Positions 29,580 through 39,311 of a DNA stretch of 64,000 nucleotides are shown here, one piece after another. Position 1 is the first letter of the stretch. The number at the start of each line of letters is the position of its first letter. The stretch is from the NCBI GenBank assembly GCA_963703295.1, contig OY969810.1, positions 1,232,001 through 1,296,000 of the forward strand, given 5' to 3'. Source of the stretch: Bryobacterales bacterium (GTDB lineage: Bacteria > Acidobacteriota > Terriglobia > Bryobacterales > Bryobacteraceae). The translations under genes were made by a program, and so were the position numbers. Under the pieces are notes generated by a model. It ran no database searches, was not told the origin of the DNA, and was given only the letters and a program-made list of their open reading frames with translations.

Positions 29580-30534
29580 ACGAAGACTACTTGTGGGATG
29601 GCAGCGGACCTCCCGACCCGGAAATCGCGCGACTGGAAGAGACGCTGGCGCCATTTCGTTATAGCGTCCGGCCCTTGGCGCCCCGGCGGCGTCCGCGCGC
29701 CTACTGGCGTTGGGCCGCGGCGGCCGCGGCTCTGCTAGCAGGATTGGTCGCAGTTCGCCTGCTCACGCCCCCGCCCCAGCCGACAGCCTGGCAGGTGGAT
29801 CGCGCCGCGGGTCCGGCCCAGATCGGCCGCAAGAATGCCGCGGCTTCGATGCGTATCGATCGCGGCGACGTGCTGCGCACCGGCGCAGGGGCGCAAGTCG
29901 AGCTTCTGGCGGACGAAGTTGGCCGCGTCGAACTGGGGCCGCAATCGGAGCTGCGCGCCTCGTCCGGCAAAGGCCTTTCGCTTGCGCGAGGCGTTCTGCA
30001 CGCCTTCATCTGGGCGCCCCGCGCGAATTCGTGGTGGAAACGCCATCCTCCCGCACCGTCGACCTGGGTTGCGAATATACGCTGAATGTCGATGCGTCCG
30101 GCAATGGAATCGTGCGTGTGCAAATGGGTTGGGTGGCGTTTCAATTCCACGACCGCGAGTCGTTTATCCCGGCCGGGGCGCAGTGCGCTACGCGTAAGGC
30201 TGCGGGTCCCGGTATTCCGTTTTACGAAGATGCGCCGCAAGCGTTGCGGACATCGCTTGCGCGATTGGAACGGGGCGATCCGAATGCATTGAGTGGAATT
30301 CTTGCGTCGGCGCGCGCGCAAGATGGCTTGACGCTCTGGCACCTGTTGACGCGAACCCGGCCTTCCGACCGCGCCGCGGTGTTTTCCCGATTCGCCGAGC
30401 TGGTCGCTCTGCCGCCGGAGGTAACGGCTTCTAATGTCGAGCGACTTGACCCTCACACGCTGGACCTCTGCTGGGACGCCCTGAAGCTCGAAGACACCGA
30501 ATGGTGGCGCGGGTGGGAACGGCGCTGGAATTAA
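29576..30534 (+). pseudogene. FecR-like anti-sigma factor, frameshifted in a C4 run (30017-30020)
   Basis: Frame A: MNEDYLWDGSGPPDPEIARLE..., a TM segment (WRWAAAAAALLAGLVAV), then a FecR-type domain up to GVLHAFIWAP. The conserved continuation REFVVETPSSRTVDLGCEYTL... to the stop at 30534 is in the frame of ORF 29710..30534. One extra C would restore W-A-P-P-R-E-F. Confidence 0.75.
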
Positions 30535-30566
30535 GACCGAAGCGCCATCCGAAGCTGGCATACTGA

Positions 30567-32371
30567 ATGCCAATGGCCGCCGATCAAATCGTCCGCAGGG
30601 ATTTTCTCAATCGCACGCTTTTGGGGGCTGGCGCAGCTTTGCTCAATATGCCCGCGCCGGCATTCGCGTCGGATACCTACACTGGGTTCGCCGGCACAGG
30701 CGATTACGCCCGGTCGAACGGCGATCCGTGGCCTGTTGTGGAGGCGGGGCACAAGATTCGCGACGGGCGCTATAAATCCGCGGATGGCCACGCATCCGAC
30801 ACCGGCGAACAGTTCGATCTGATTGTGATTGGCGGCGGATTGAGCGGACTCGGTGGCGCCTATTACTATCACAAGGCGACGGGCGGAAACCGCCGCTGCC
30901 TGATTCTCGAAAACCATGCCATGTTCGGCGGCCATTGCAAGCAGAATGAATTCCTCGTGAACGGCCAGCGTCTCATCGGTCCGCAAGCTTCGAACGATTT
31001 TGGCGTCCCGCGCCAAGGCTCGGGGGGACAGATGGACGAACTCTTCAGCGACCTGAAGATTCCGCGCCAATTTCAATGGGCCGAGTGGGACCCAGCGCTA
31101 GACCGCCTGCGCATTCCGCGCGACAACTATTCCCACATGGACGGCATCAACGACACGCAGGTAGACGTCGCGTATTACCTCGACGGCAAGTGGGCGAATA
31201 ACATTTTTGCCAATGACCTGGCCGGGACGCCATTTTCAGAGAAGATCAAGCGCGACCTCTTGAAATGGAGAACCACGACCGGCGGTTCGGAACAGACGCA
31301 GCGCCATCTCGACTCGATCACCTACAAACAGTACATCGAAGAGGAGCTGGGATTGAGTCCCGAAGTGACCAAGTTCGCGACGCCGGTGGTCGGCTTGATC
31401 TGCGGAGCCAGTCCCGATGCGGTGTGTGCGCGAGCGGCGCATACTCTGGTTCGTCCGCCGAACTCGCAACCGGCATCTCTTTTCCTGGTGGAAACACCAC
31501 CTTCGCGCGACGTCTGGTGAAGGCGTTGATTCCGGCGTCGATGCCCGGCAACTTGAGCTTCGACGACGTTCTTGACCACTCCGTCAATTTCAAGGCTCTC
31601 GACGTGAAGGGCCAGGCCACGCGCATCCGGCTCGGCGCCACGGTTGTCCGGGTGGAACATGCGGCCGGTGGGGTGACGGTAACTTATGAACATGCCGGAA
31701 AGTTGTATCGCACGCGCGGCGGCGCCGTGCTGGCGGCGTCGGCGGGATGGGCGAATCGACAGGTGATTGCGGATCTCCCCGAAGCAGTGCGCTCGGCATA
31801 CGACGCGTTTTCGTACGCGCCCGCCTTGAGCGTGAACGTGGCGCTGCGCAACTGGCGATTCTTGTATAAACGCCGCGCGGGGGCAGTCCGCTATTTCGAT
31901 GGCGATTTTGGGTGGTCGTGCAACATCCGGCAATCGATGAAGGCAGGCGCCTTCGACCCGCCCCTGCATCCCGACAAACCGGTAGTTCTAACGTTTTACA
32001 CGGGACTTTACGATCCGGGGCGGTCCGCCAAAGAACAAGGCGACGAAGGCCGCAAGAAGTTACTCGCGACCAGCTATGCAGATTATGAGCGCGCGATCCG
32101 GAGGCAACTGACCACGCTGTTTGCAGCAACAGGCTTTGACCCTTCAGCCGATATCGCGGGTATTGTGCTCAACCGCTGGGGCCATGCGCGGGTAATCCAG
32201 CCACCGGGCTTCTATTACGGCGCGAATGGGAAACCATCGCCCCGCCAAGTTGTGGAGCGCGGATTCGGAAAAATCGTCATCGCTCATTCCGAGTTGAACG
32301 GTCACCAAAGCGCCACCGGGGCCCTTGCTCAGGCCAAACGCGGCGCCGAGCAAATCCCTTCGCTGAGGTGA
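30567..32371 (+). pseudogene. FAD/NAD(P)-binding oxidoreductase (amine oxidase / spermidine dehydrogenase-like), Tat signal, one frameshift near 31435-31445
   Basis: Twin-arginine leader (VRRDFLNRTLLGAGAALL) and Rossmann motif (DLIVIGGGLSGLGGAYYY). Frame 1 runs to ...SPDAVCARAA. The rest (AYSGSSAELATGISFPGGNTTFARRLV... to 32371) lies in the frame of ORF 31265..32371. Confidence 0.75.
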
Positions 32372-32380
32372 CTCAGCCTC

Positions 32381-35300
32381 TTACTTCGTAGCCAGCGAAA
32401 CCGTTTGCGACCATTGATGGCCTGAAGCATCGACGCCGTTGAACACGAACACGAGCGTTGCAGGCAGCGGCGACCACTGGACATTCATGGTGGAAGTGAG
32501 CGTTGCGTGTGCGGCAATCTGTGATGCCCCGAAGAAGGGCGCGATGGCCGAGGTGAAGTTTGTGCCATTAATGGAGAATCCCGTCAATGTTGTAGCGACT
32601 CCCGCGGTTTCCTGAAGCTGCACTTTTACAGCGAATCCCGGCTGAGAATTCGTGGTCTTGATAGCGGTGATCACTATGTTCGATGCCACCGCGCTCACTA
32701 CGACGCTTGCCGAACCGGTAGACGGCGCAAATGTGCTCGTGCCGGCATAGCTCGCCGTGATGGTGTTAGTCCCCGCCGCGAGACTGCTGCCTTTGACCGA
32801 CAAGATTGCAGTACCTGTCGCTCCTACGGCGCTTAACGTGACCGATCCGAGCGACACACTGCCGCTCGTAAAGGACACGGTTCCGGATGGCGCGGCGCTG
32901 CCGCTTGCCGCCTTCACAGTGACGGTTAATTGCGTAGTCGCGCTTTGGGCGATGCTGGCGGCGCTAGCCGTCAGCGTTACGGTGGTTGCTACCTGAGGAG
33001 CAGTGGCTACGATAACTAACGTTCCCGATGACGCGGCAAAACCATTGGCGCCCGGGTAACTGGCCGTCACCGTGTTATTCCCGAGGTTTAATTTGCTTCC
33101 CGAAAGGCTCAGGACTGCTGCTGCCGAACCGGCCGAGGATGTTAGCGACGCACTGCCCAGTGAGACGCTGCCTAGCGTGAAATTTACGGCGCCCGTAGGA
33201 AGCGTAGAGCCGCTGGCGGCTTTCACCAAGGCGGTAATTGTCGTGGCCCCGTTTTGGGCTACGGTGGGTGGATTGGCGGCGGCTGTCGTCGTTGTTCCGA
33301 TCGCCGGGACCGTTATCGTTACGGAGCCGGATGCCGTCGAACCGCTGAACTTACTGTCTCCGCCATAGCTGGCGGAAATCGAATTACTGCCTGATGCGAG
33401 GTTCGTACCTTTGACTGTGAGAGAGGCCGTAGCGGTCCCGCCCGAACCTGCGAGGGCTGCGGCGCCCAGTGTGACAGGTCCAGCCGTCAGGGTTATGGCT
33501 CCGGTTGGCGACGTGGTTCCGCTGGCGGCTTTTACGGTTACAGTGACAACAGCCGAAGCGCTCTGGGCGATGCTGGTGGGGCTCGCGGCGAGTGAAGCGG
33601 TGGTGGCAATCATCGGAGCAGTTACAGTCACTGGAATAATCGCCGAAACCGAACCCGTGAAGTTCGTCGTACCCGCGTAGCTCGCGGTGATGCTATTCGA
33701 GCCCACGGCTAATTTGCTCGCGCTCACGCTCAGCACGGCAGTCACCGTTGTTGCGCTGCCGGACGCGGCGCCTAGCGTGGTCGTTCCCAACGACGTAGTT
33801 CCCGCGAGGAATGTGACCGTGCCTGTAGGCGCGGCGGTTCCACTGGCCGGCGTTACCGTCGCCGTCAATTGTTCGGTTCCGTTGGATGCGATACTGGCCG
33901 AGCCGGCGGTGACTACGGTCTTCGTTCCCAATGGCGTGCCGATGACAGTAACGGTAGCGGTTGCCGTTGAGCCGCCGAAGCTTCCCGAAGGGACATAGGT
34001 TGCTGTAATCGTATTGGCGCCCGCGATCAGACTTGTACCTTTTACCGTCAGCACAGCACTGGAGGTGGCGCCCGATGGCGTCAGAGCGGCCGAGCCGAGC
34101 GATGTTCCGCCGACGGCAAAGGTGACGCTTCCGGTGGGTGGATTCGAGCCTGTAACCGCCGTAACCTTGGCCGTAAGCTGCGCGCTGGCGCTTTGCGCCA
34201 TGCTCGCGGGGCTAGCCGTGAGAGCCATCGTCGTGCCTACGCCAGCGGGCAGACTGGACCACTTGGTAACCAGGTTGTAGGCATCTACCGATCCGAGGCC
34301 AGTTACCATGTCATAACCCACTCCGGCTTTATAACCGAAAGAGCCGGTGCTGCAACCGGCGCTCTTACTCACGCAGGGGACGATGTTATCGCCCACCGTA
34401 ATATCGTGAATCACGCCTGTGCTGCTCTGCGCCAAACTGTAGAGATTCGGATTAATGTTACCCAGACCGGGCTTCGCCTGCAGACCCTTACTGGTTACGT
34501 ATTGATTGATAAGCGCGATAAGACCCGCGAAGGCAGGCGAGGAGGCGGAGGTTCCGCCCACCGAGAAAAGCTGGCCCGAGGCGTAAACAATATAGCCATC
34601 GTGATCGCCCGATGCGGTAAGTGAAATATCCGGAACGTCACGCCCGTTATCGCTGGGCACGCCGGGTCCTGTCTGCCACCAAGGCTTGGGAAACAATGTG
34701 CTGACGCCGCCGCCCGAAGCCCAAATGCCTCCCCCGAGAGAGGTATCGTTCCAGCCCTTCTCAGGCATGTATCCTGTCGCCGATTGCCACGTGCCACTGT
34801 TCGTACCGGTCCACCCAGCGCTGCCCGATTCGTTCAATTCTGTTCCACCGACCGCGGTTATCTCTGGGATGTCCGCGGGAAAAGTAACCATCGGACCGTA
34901 TTGAGCCGCCGCGGGGCCGCCCCAATCGCAACCGGCCGCTCCTGAATCGCCGGAAGAATTCATCCAGGTAATGCCTTCCGCGTTGGCCTGCTGGGCCACA
35001 GTGCGGCTCGCAGCTGAATTTCCCTGCTCGCATCCGCCGTAACTCATGCTGATTACCGGAGCCAGGTTTTGATCGATGGCATACTGCACGGATTCGAATA
35101 CATCTTGCGAGTAGACGAAAAGGATTGTGGCGTTGCGCGCTACGGCGCCCGCCCATTCGAGATCGAGATCCGACTCAACCTGGTCGTTCGAACTTGCTCC
35201 GGGATCGCGGCCGTAAAGCACCAGTTGCGGATCTTTAGCGGCTAAACCGAACTGACTGCGAAAACCGCGGATATCAGCCAGGCTGATGTCGGTCTGCCCA

Positions 35301-36043
35301 ACGATAACTAACTTCTGCCCAGTGCCGTCATAGCCGGCTTTATACAGCGGCGAAATGTCATAGATCGCGGCGAGGTCGTCGGGCGACAAATAGTGTACGC
35401 CGCCGCTGGTGGTGTAGTCCGGCCCGATCTTTTTTACCCGGGGAGGTTTCAGACGGAAGTCGTTCAGACCATGCAATTCACTGACGAGCCCCGCAAGAGC
35501 CCTCGGCAGCGCCGGTTCGGTGGCATTGGCGAAGTGCGTCTCACCATCGGAAGCATACCTCCGCATCTCCGTGCGAAAAGTCTTTGCCACCTGACCCGCA
35601 GTGCCGCTAAAAGCGATCCAATTCCGCGCGCGGGCCTTCTGCTCTACAGTGAACCCCTCCGATTCGAGCCAGGATGCGACTCTTTCCATATCTTCCTGGC
35701 TTACTCCAAAACGTTCACCATATTCCTCCGGCGTGAGCCAGCGATGGTAGTCGCTCGACGAAGGATCGCGCTGGGATTCCAGCAACTGTTCCAGCTCGGC
35801 CGTTTGCGCCTCGGTCGGTTTCAGCGACAGCCTCATAAAAGAGATAAGTGTCGATGGGGCGAGCGCCCCCCGATCATTCGCGGGCAACGCCTTGGGCTGG
35901 ACATTGCCTCCCAGTACGAAGGTACGGTTGCCTTCTATAGGGCCGTTAATCCGGCTCTGTTGGGAGAATCCCGCGGCGGGGAGCAAAAACAAACAGACAG
36001 CACAACGCGACAAACCATTCTTACTGATGGCTCTCAAGAACAT
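32381..36043 (-). CDS. Secreted S53 (sedolisin/kumamolisin-like) peptidase with five Ig-like repeats and a distinct C-terminal domain
   Basis: Signal peptide, a pro-kumamolisin activation domain (RWLTPEEYGERFGVSQEDMERVASWLESEGFTV), then the S53 catalytic region (ESDLDLEWAG, SGDSGAAGC, GGTSASSPAFAGLIALI). Five repeats of about 100 aa (T/S/A/G-rich) follow, then a final domain of about 110 aa. Confidence 0.9.
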   Translation of the reverse strand: MFLRAISKNGLSRCAVCLFLLPAAGFSQQSRINGPIEGNRTFVLGGNVQPKALPANDRGALAPSTLISFMRLSLKPTEAQTAELEQLLESQRDPSSSDYHRWLTPEEYGERFGVSQEDMERVASWLESEGFTVEQKARARNWIAFSGTAGQVAKTFRTEMRRYASDGETHFANATEPALPRALAGLVSELHGLNDFRLKPPRVKKIGPDYTTSGGVHYLSPDDLAAIYDISPLYKAGYDGTGQKLVIVGQTDISLADIRGFRSQFGLAAKDPQLVLYGRDPGASSNDQVESDLDLEWAGAVARNATILFVYSQDVFESVQYAIDQNLAPVISMSYGGCEQGNSAASRTVAQQANAEGITWMNSSGDSGAAGCDWGGPAAAQYGPMVTFPADIPEITAVGGTELNESGSAGWTGTNSGTWQSATGYMPEKGWNDTSLGGGIWASGGGVSTLFPKPWWQTGPGVPSDNGRDVPDISLTASGDHDGYIVYASGQLFSVGGTSASSPAFAGLIALINQYVTSKGLQAKPGLGNINPNLYSLAQSSTGVIHDITVGDNIVPCVSKSAGCSTGSFGYKAGVGYDMVTGLGSVDAYNLVTKWSSLPAGVGTTMALTASPASMAQSASAQLTAKVTAVTGSNPPTGSVTFAVGGTSLGSAALTPSGATSSAVLTVKGTSLIAGANTITATYVPSGSFGGSTATATVTVIGTPLGTKTVVTAGSASIASNGTEQLTATVTPASGTAAPTGTVTFLAGTTSLGTTTLGAASGSATTVTAVLSVSASKLAVGSNSITASYAGTTNFTGSVSAIIPVTVTAPMIATTASLAASPTSIAQSASAVVTVTVKAASGTTSPTGAITLTAGPVTLGAAALAGSGGTATASLTVKGTNLASGSNSISASYGGDSKFSGSTASGSVTITVPAIGTTTTAAANPPTVAQNGATTITALVKAASGSTLPTGAVNFTLGSVSLGSASLTSSAGSAAAVLSLSGSKLNLGNNTVTASYPGANGFAASSGTLVIVATAPQVATTVTLTASAASIAQSATTQLTVTVKAASGSAAPSGTVSFTSGSVSLGSVTLSAVGATGTAILSVKGSSLAAGTNTITASYAGTSTFAPSTGSASVVVSAVASNIVITAIKTTNSQPGFAVKVQLQETAGVATTLTGFSINGTNFTSAIAPFFGASQIAAHATLTSTMNVQWSPLPATLVFVFNGVDASGHQWSQTVSLATK
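32716..34246 (-). repeat. Five tandem coding repeats of about 300 bp (bacterial Ig-like domains)
   Basis: Repeat units share the pattern ...SIAQSA..LT.TVKAASGS..PTG.V.F..G...LGS..L...G.A...L.V.GS.L..G.N.ITASY.G...F..S... . Boundaries were estimated from protein coordinates of about aa 600-1110. Confidence 0.7.
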
Positions 36044-36078
36044 TCCTCCGGTCGAAGTTCACTTATCGGCCGGAGGAA
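36043..36078 (-). other. 9-bp-stem hairpin between the ADOP permease stop and the peptidase start; it pairs the peptidase Shine-Dalgarno sequence
   Basis: ttcctccgg (36043-36051) is the exact reverse complement of ccggaggaa (36070-36078). On the minus-strand mRNA the downstream arm is CCGGAGGAA, immediately followed by UG of the AUG (36041-36043). Confidence 0.4.
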
Positions 36079-36095
36079 CGGATTTTTGATTAGAG

Positions 36096-38558
36096 CTATT
36101 CCCGCCGCAAAGCCGTCATAGGATCCACACGCGCGCCGCGCCGAGCGGGAATCAGCGCGGCGATCAGCGCGACGGCGGTCAATAGCGCTACCGCGGCGGC
36201 GTAAGCTCGCCAATCGGTCGTCTTCACCTGGAAGAGCAAGTCCTGCAGGAAGCTGGTAAGGACGAAGGACCCGGCGAGTCCTAACAGAATCCCGGTAGTA
36301 ATCAGCAGGCCTGCCTGACGCAGAACGAGCCCCAGGATCACGCTTGGGGCGGCCCCCAGCGCCACGCGGATGCCGAATTCGGGGGTGCGCTGTGCAACCG
36401 AATAGGTCAGCACTCCATAGATTCCGATGATTGCCAGCGCCACAGCGACCAGGGCAAAGATTGTCAGCAGCAGCGTCTGAAAGCGGCGTTGGGCCACTGC
36501 GAGATCGATAATTTCATCCATGGTGCGCACACTGCCAATGGGCTGATTTTTGTCGAGGGCCCAAACTTCGCGGGAAATCGCGTTGACCAATGTCCCTGGA
36601 TCGCCGGCCGTACGGACGGCGAAATCGGCGAGCGGCACCGGGTATAGCGAAGTCTGCGCGGCGCCGAGGTAGACTTGGGGCTTAATTTCTGCCTCTTTCC
36701 CCGCACGGCGTATGTCGTTGACAACGCCGACGATCGTGATTTTAGGCGCGCCTTGACCGCGCTGTATCGTATGACCGATGGGGTCGCGTCCATCGAGCAA
36801 CTGACGCGCGAAGGCGTGGTTCACAACCGCGACGGGCGAGCCGGCCGCATCCTGTGCGTCGAGCCAACGCCCGCGCAGCAGCGGGATGCCGAGCGTCTGG
36901 AAATAACCGGGACTGACGGCTTGAAAATCCGGGACCGCGAATTTGGCCGCGTCGCCATCCACGAAGATGCCCGAAGACCAGCCGCCACGCAGTGGCATTC
37001 GATTGGCGTAGGCGGCATCCTGCACTCCGGGCACGGCGCGCACGCGTTCCTCCAACTGTTGAAAGAACCGCAGGCGCGCGGCGGCATCGGGATATTGCAG
37101 TTTCGGCAGGTTAATGTTCAAAGCAATGACGTGATCGGGCTGAAATCCGAGTTCTACGCCCATGAGGGTGCTGAAACTGCGCAGAAGCAGGCCGGCCCCC
37201 ACAATCAAGATGAGCGAGAGCGCCACTTCGGCGACGGTCAGCGACATCCGCCAACGGGCCTGCGAGAAGCCCCCGCTACCGCGCGCAGCGCTCTTCATCG
37301 CCTCTACCGGCTTAGCTTGCGAAGCCTGCCAAGCTGGAGCCATGCCGAAGATCAGTCCGGTCAAGACTGCAATTACAGCCGCAACCAGGAATACCCGCCA
37401 ATCCATGGCGGCGCTTTCGATGCGCGGAATGCCAGGTGGGGCGAGGGCTGTCAATCCCACCATCAAGAGCCTGCCCAAAGCGATTCCAAGCGCGCAGCCG
37501 GCCGCGGCGATCAATAGACTCTCGGTCATGAATTGCCGCATCATGCGCCAGCGGCCGGCGCCCAGCGCCATACGTACGCTCGACTCGCGGCGCCGGCCCG
37601 CGGCCCGCACCATCAGGAGATTGGCTACGTTCACGCACGCGATTAGGACAATGAGGCCGGATGCGCCGAGCAGCGACCATAGCGACTGTTTCGCGCTGCC
37701 CGCAAGGTCGTCGCGCAAGGGCGCAAGCTCTGCGTGAATATTTTGGTTCGAATTGGGAAATTGCCGGCCAAGGTTCGCGGAGACCGTGTTGAGCGCGGCC
37801 TGCGCCGCGGAGAACGTAATACCCGGTCTCAACCGCGCCACTACGTTTACTTCGTGATCGGACCGGCTGGTGAGAAGGTCTTTCGGATATGAGGCGGCCA
37901 GGTAAATTTCAATCGGCGTTTTTAAGCCGATCTGAAGCGGCGACCGGAAGCCCTCAGGCAAGATTCCCACGATGCGGTAGGGCTTGGCGTCCAGTAGAAG
38001 GGAGCGTCCGAGCGCGTCAGCCGCGCCGCCTAATCGCCGTTGCCAGAATCCGTAAGTGACGATTACGGCCGAGGCAGCATCCGGCCTGTCTTCTTCTGGC
38101 AAGAACGCGCGCCCTTGGACCGGCGAAATGCGGAGGACCGAGAAGAAATTCCACGTTACCGCTTCGCACGAGATTCGCTCCGGCACGCCGATTCCGCTGA
38201 GATTAATTACCCACAAATCGTATGATGCCGCGTCTTCGAATACTCCGGACCCAAGGTAATCCGCGATATTGGCGATGGAAACCGTCGTCCGCCGACTGCC
38301 GCCCGCCCCGCCAGCCTGAGCGCCTGTGCTGCTGAAATGCCGATCGTCCGGTTTGGTGTTAACCTCCCACAGCGAAGCCAATCGCTCCGCCGCCGGGTAG
38401 GGCAGCGCACGCAGCATCACGGCGTTTACGGCGCTGAAAATTGCGGTGTTTATACCCAAGCCGAGAGCCAGCGTCAAGACAGCTACCGCTGTGAACCCAG
38501 GCGATCTCGCGAGCGTGCGCGCTCCTTGCCGTACATCTTGAATGAAGCTTTCCCACAT
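36096..38558 (-). CDS. ADOP-type duplicated ABC permease (MacB/FtsX-like, no adjacent ATPase)
   Basis: 820 aa. Two MacB_PCD + FtsX modules with the N-terminal motif DVRQGARTLARSPGFTAVAVLTLALGLGINTAIFS, typical of the Acidobacterial duplicated orphan permease family. Confidence 0.9.
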   Translation of the reverse strand: MWESFIQDVRQGARTLARSPGFTAVAVLTLALGLGINTAIFSAVNAVMLRALPYPAAERLASLWEVNTKPDDRHFSSTGAQAGGAGGSRRTTVSIANIADYLGSGVFEDAASYDLWVINLSGIGVPERISCEAVTWNFFSVLRISPVQGRAFLPEEDRPDAASAVIVTYGFWQRRLGGAADALGRSLLLDAKPYRIVGILPEGFRSPLQIGLKTPIEIYLAASYPKDLLTSRSDHEVNVVARLRPGITFSAAQAALNTVSANLGRQFPNSNQNIHAELAPLRDDLAGSAKQSLWSLLGASGLIVLIACVNVANLLMVRAAGRRRESSVRMALGAGRWRMMRQFMTESLLIAAAGCALGIALGRLLMVGLTALAPPGIPRIESAAMDWRVFLVAAVIAVLTGLIFGMAPAWQASQAKPVEAMKSAARGSGGFSQARWRMSLTVAEVALSLILIVGAGLLLRSFSTLMGVELGFQPDHVIALNINLPKLQYPDAAARLRFFQQLEERVRAVPGVQDAAYANRMPLRGGWSSGIFVDGDAAKFAVPDFQAVSPGYFQTLGIPLLRGRWLDAQDAAGSPVAVVNHAFARQLLDGRDPIGHTIQRGQGAPKITIVGVVNDIRRAGKEAEIKPQVYLGAAQTSLYPVPLADFAVRTAGDPGTLVNAISREVWALDKNQPIGSVRTMDEIIDLAVAQRRFQTLLLTIFALVAVALAIIGIYGVLTYSVAQRTPEFGIRVALGAAPSVILGLVLRQAGLLITTGILLGLAGSFVLTSFLQDLLFQVKTTDWRAYAAAVALLTAVALIAALIPARRGARVDPMTALRRE

Positions 38559-38645
38559 GGTCCATCCCCACAGATCTGAGATTTGATCCTGATAAATGGC
38601 CGCATTACCGAACGGCGAAGAAATCGTTTCATTGGATTTTCGATG

Positions 38646-38987
38646 TTAGACAGGTTGCAGGATGCAAGCGATGGCGTGGCTCACGCGCGCATAGCGTTCC
38701 AGTTCGAGCGCGAGTTGCCGTCTGCCTTCGGGCGTCAGGTTGTAATAGCGCGCCCGGCGGCCTTCTTCGGTCTTCCCCCATTCGCCGGCAACCCAGCCTT
38801 TAAGCAACAGGCGTTGCAGAGCGGGATAAAGCGACCCTTCTTCAACCTGTAAAATGCCGGATGAGGTCTCCTGAATAAAATCAGCGATTTCGAAGCCGTG
38901 CATCTTCCGGCCACGCGCGAGAGTACGCAGAATCAGCATCTCCAGGGTTCCGGGCGGGATCTCTTCACGCTGCAACGCGATTGACAT
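38646..38987 (-). CDS. PadR-family transcriptional regulator
   Basis: 113 aa. Contains [28 protein letters not shown]...[16 protein letters not shown]...YYNLTPEGR. It lies immediately upstream of the ADOP permease on the same strand. Confidence 0.9.
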   Translation of the reverse strand: MSIALQREEIPPGTLEMLILRTLARGRKMHGFEIADFIQETSSGILQVEEGSLYPALQRLLLKGWVAGEWGKTEEGRRARYYNLTPEGRRQLALELERYARVSHAIACILQPV

Positions 38988-39001
38988 AGATTATCTATGT
39001 C
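38983..39001. promoter_or_regulatory. Perfect 9-1-9 palindrome overlapping the PadR start codon; candidate PadR operator
   Basis: GACATAGAT-T-ATCTATGTC. It contains the ACAT...ATGT half-site pair reminiscent of PadR-family operators (ATGT-N8-ACAT type). Confidence 0.45.
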
Positions 39002-39069
39002 ATAGACGACCGAACCTGCGAAAAGTTTGGTCATTGGTTTGCACTATTTCGCGGTGGGAGGGAAAAGCA

Positions 39070-39231
39070 ATGCTGCACTGGTCGTTGATTTTTCTAGTGA
39101 TTGCCATTATCGCGGCAATCTTGGGCTTTGGCGGAATCGCGGGAACCGCAGTAGGAGTCGCGAAGATTCTGTTCTTTGTCTTTTTGGTAATTTGGCTGAT
39201 CGCATTTATCGCGGGTCGCCGGGCCGTCTGA
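39070..39231 (+). CDS. UPF0391/DUF1328 small membrane protein
   Basis: [51 protein letters not shown]. The GFGGIAG motif is typical of DUF1328. GGGAGGG lies upstream of ATG 39070. Confidence 0.8.
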   Translation: MLHWSLIFLVIAIIAAILGFGGIAGTAVGVAKILFFVFLVIWLIAFIAGRRAV

Positions 39232-39311
39232 GGCCTACGTCCATCGAAGTGAAAACAGGCTTTTTGTTAATTTCCGCGCAAAAAGCCTGTTAAGCGGTAT
39301 AGAATCAGCGA

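Noticed and set aside
32361-32376. Small hairpin GCUGAG-GUGA-CUCAGC between the convergent oxidoreductase and sedolisin genes.
   Set aside because: The stem is only 6 bp, there is no U-tract on either strand, and it overlaps the oxidoreductase stop codon. Too weak to call a terminator.
32716-34246. Highly repetitive DNA that might be mistaken for a CRISPR-like or satellite array. The same question applies to the NHL repeats at 50000-55400.
   Set aside because: The units are about 300 bp (or about 130-bp NHL blades), diverged, in frame, and translate into Ig-like/NHL protein repeats. There is no short identical repeat/spacer structure and there are no cas genes.
39028-39043. Sigma54-like motif TGGTCA-N5-TTGCA (GG-N10-GC) upstream of the DUF1328 gene.
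   Set aside because: Only the -12 element matches well and the -24 element is weak (TGGTCA versus TGGCAC). No enhancer-binding protein gene lies nearby. Too weak to call.
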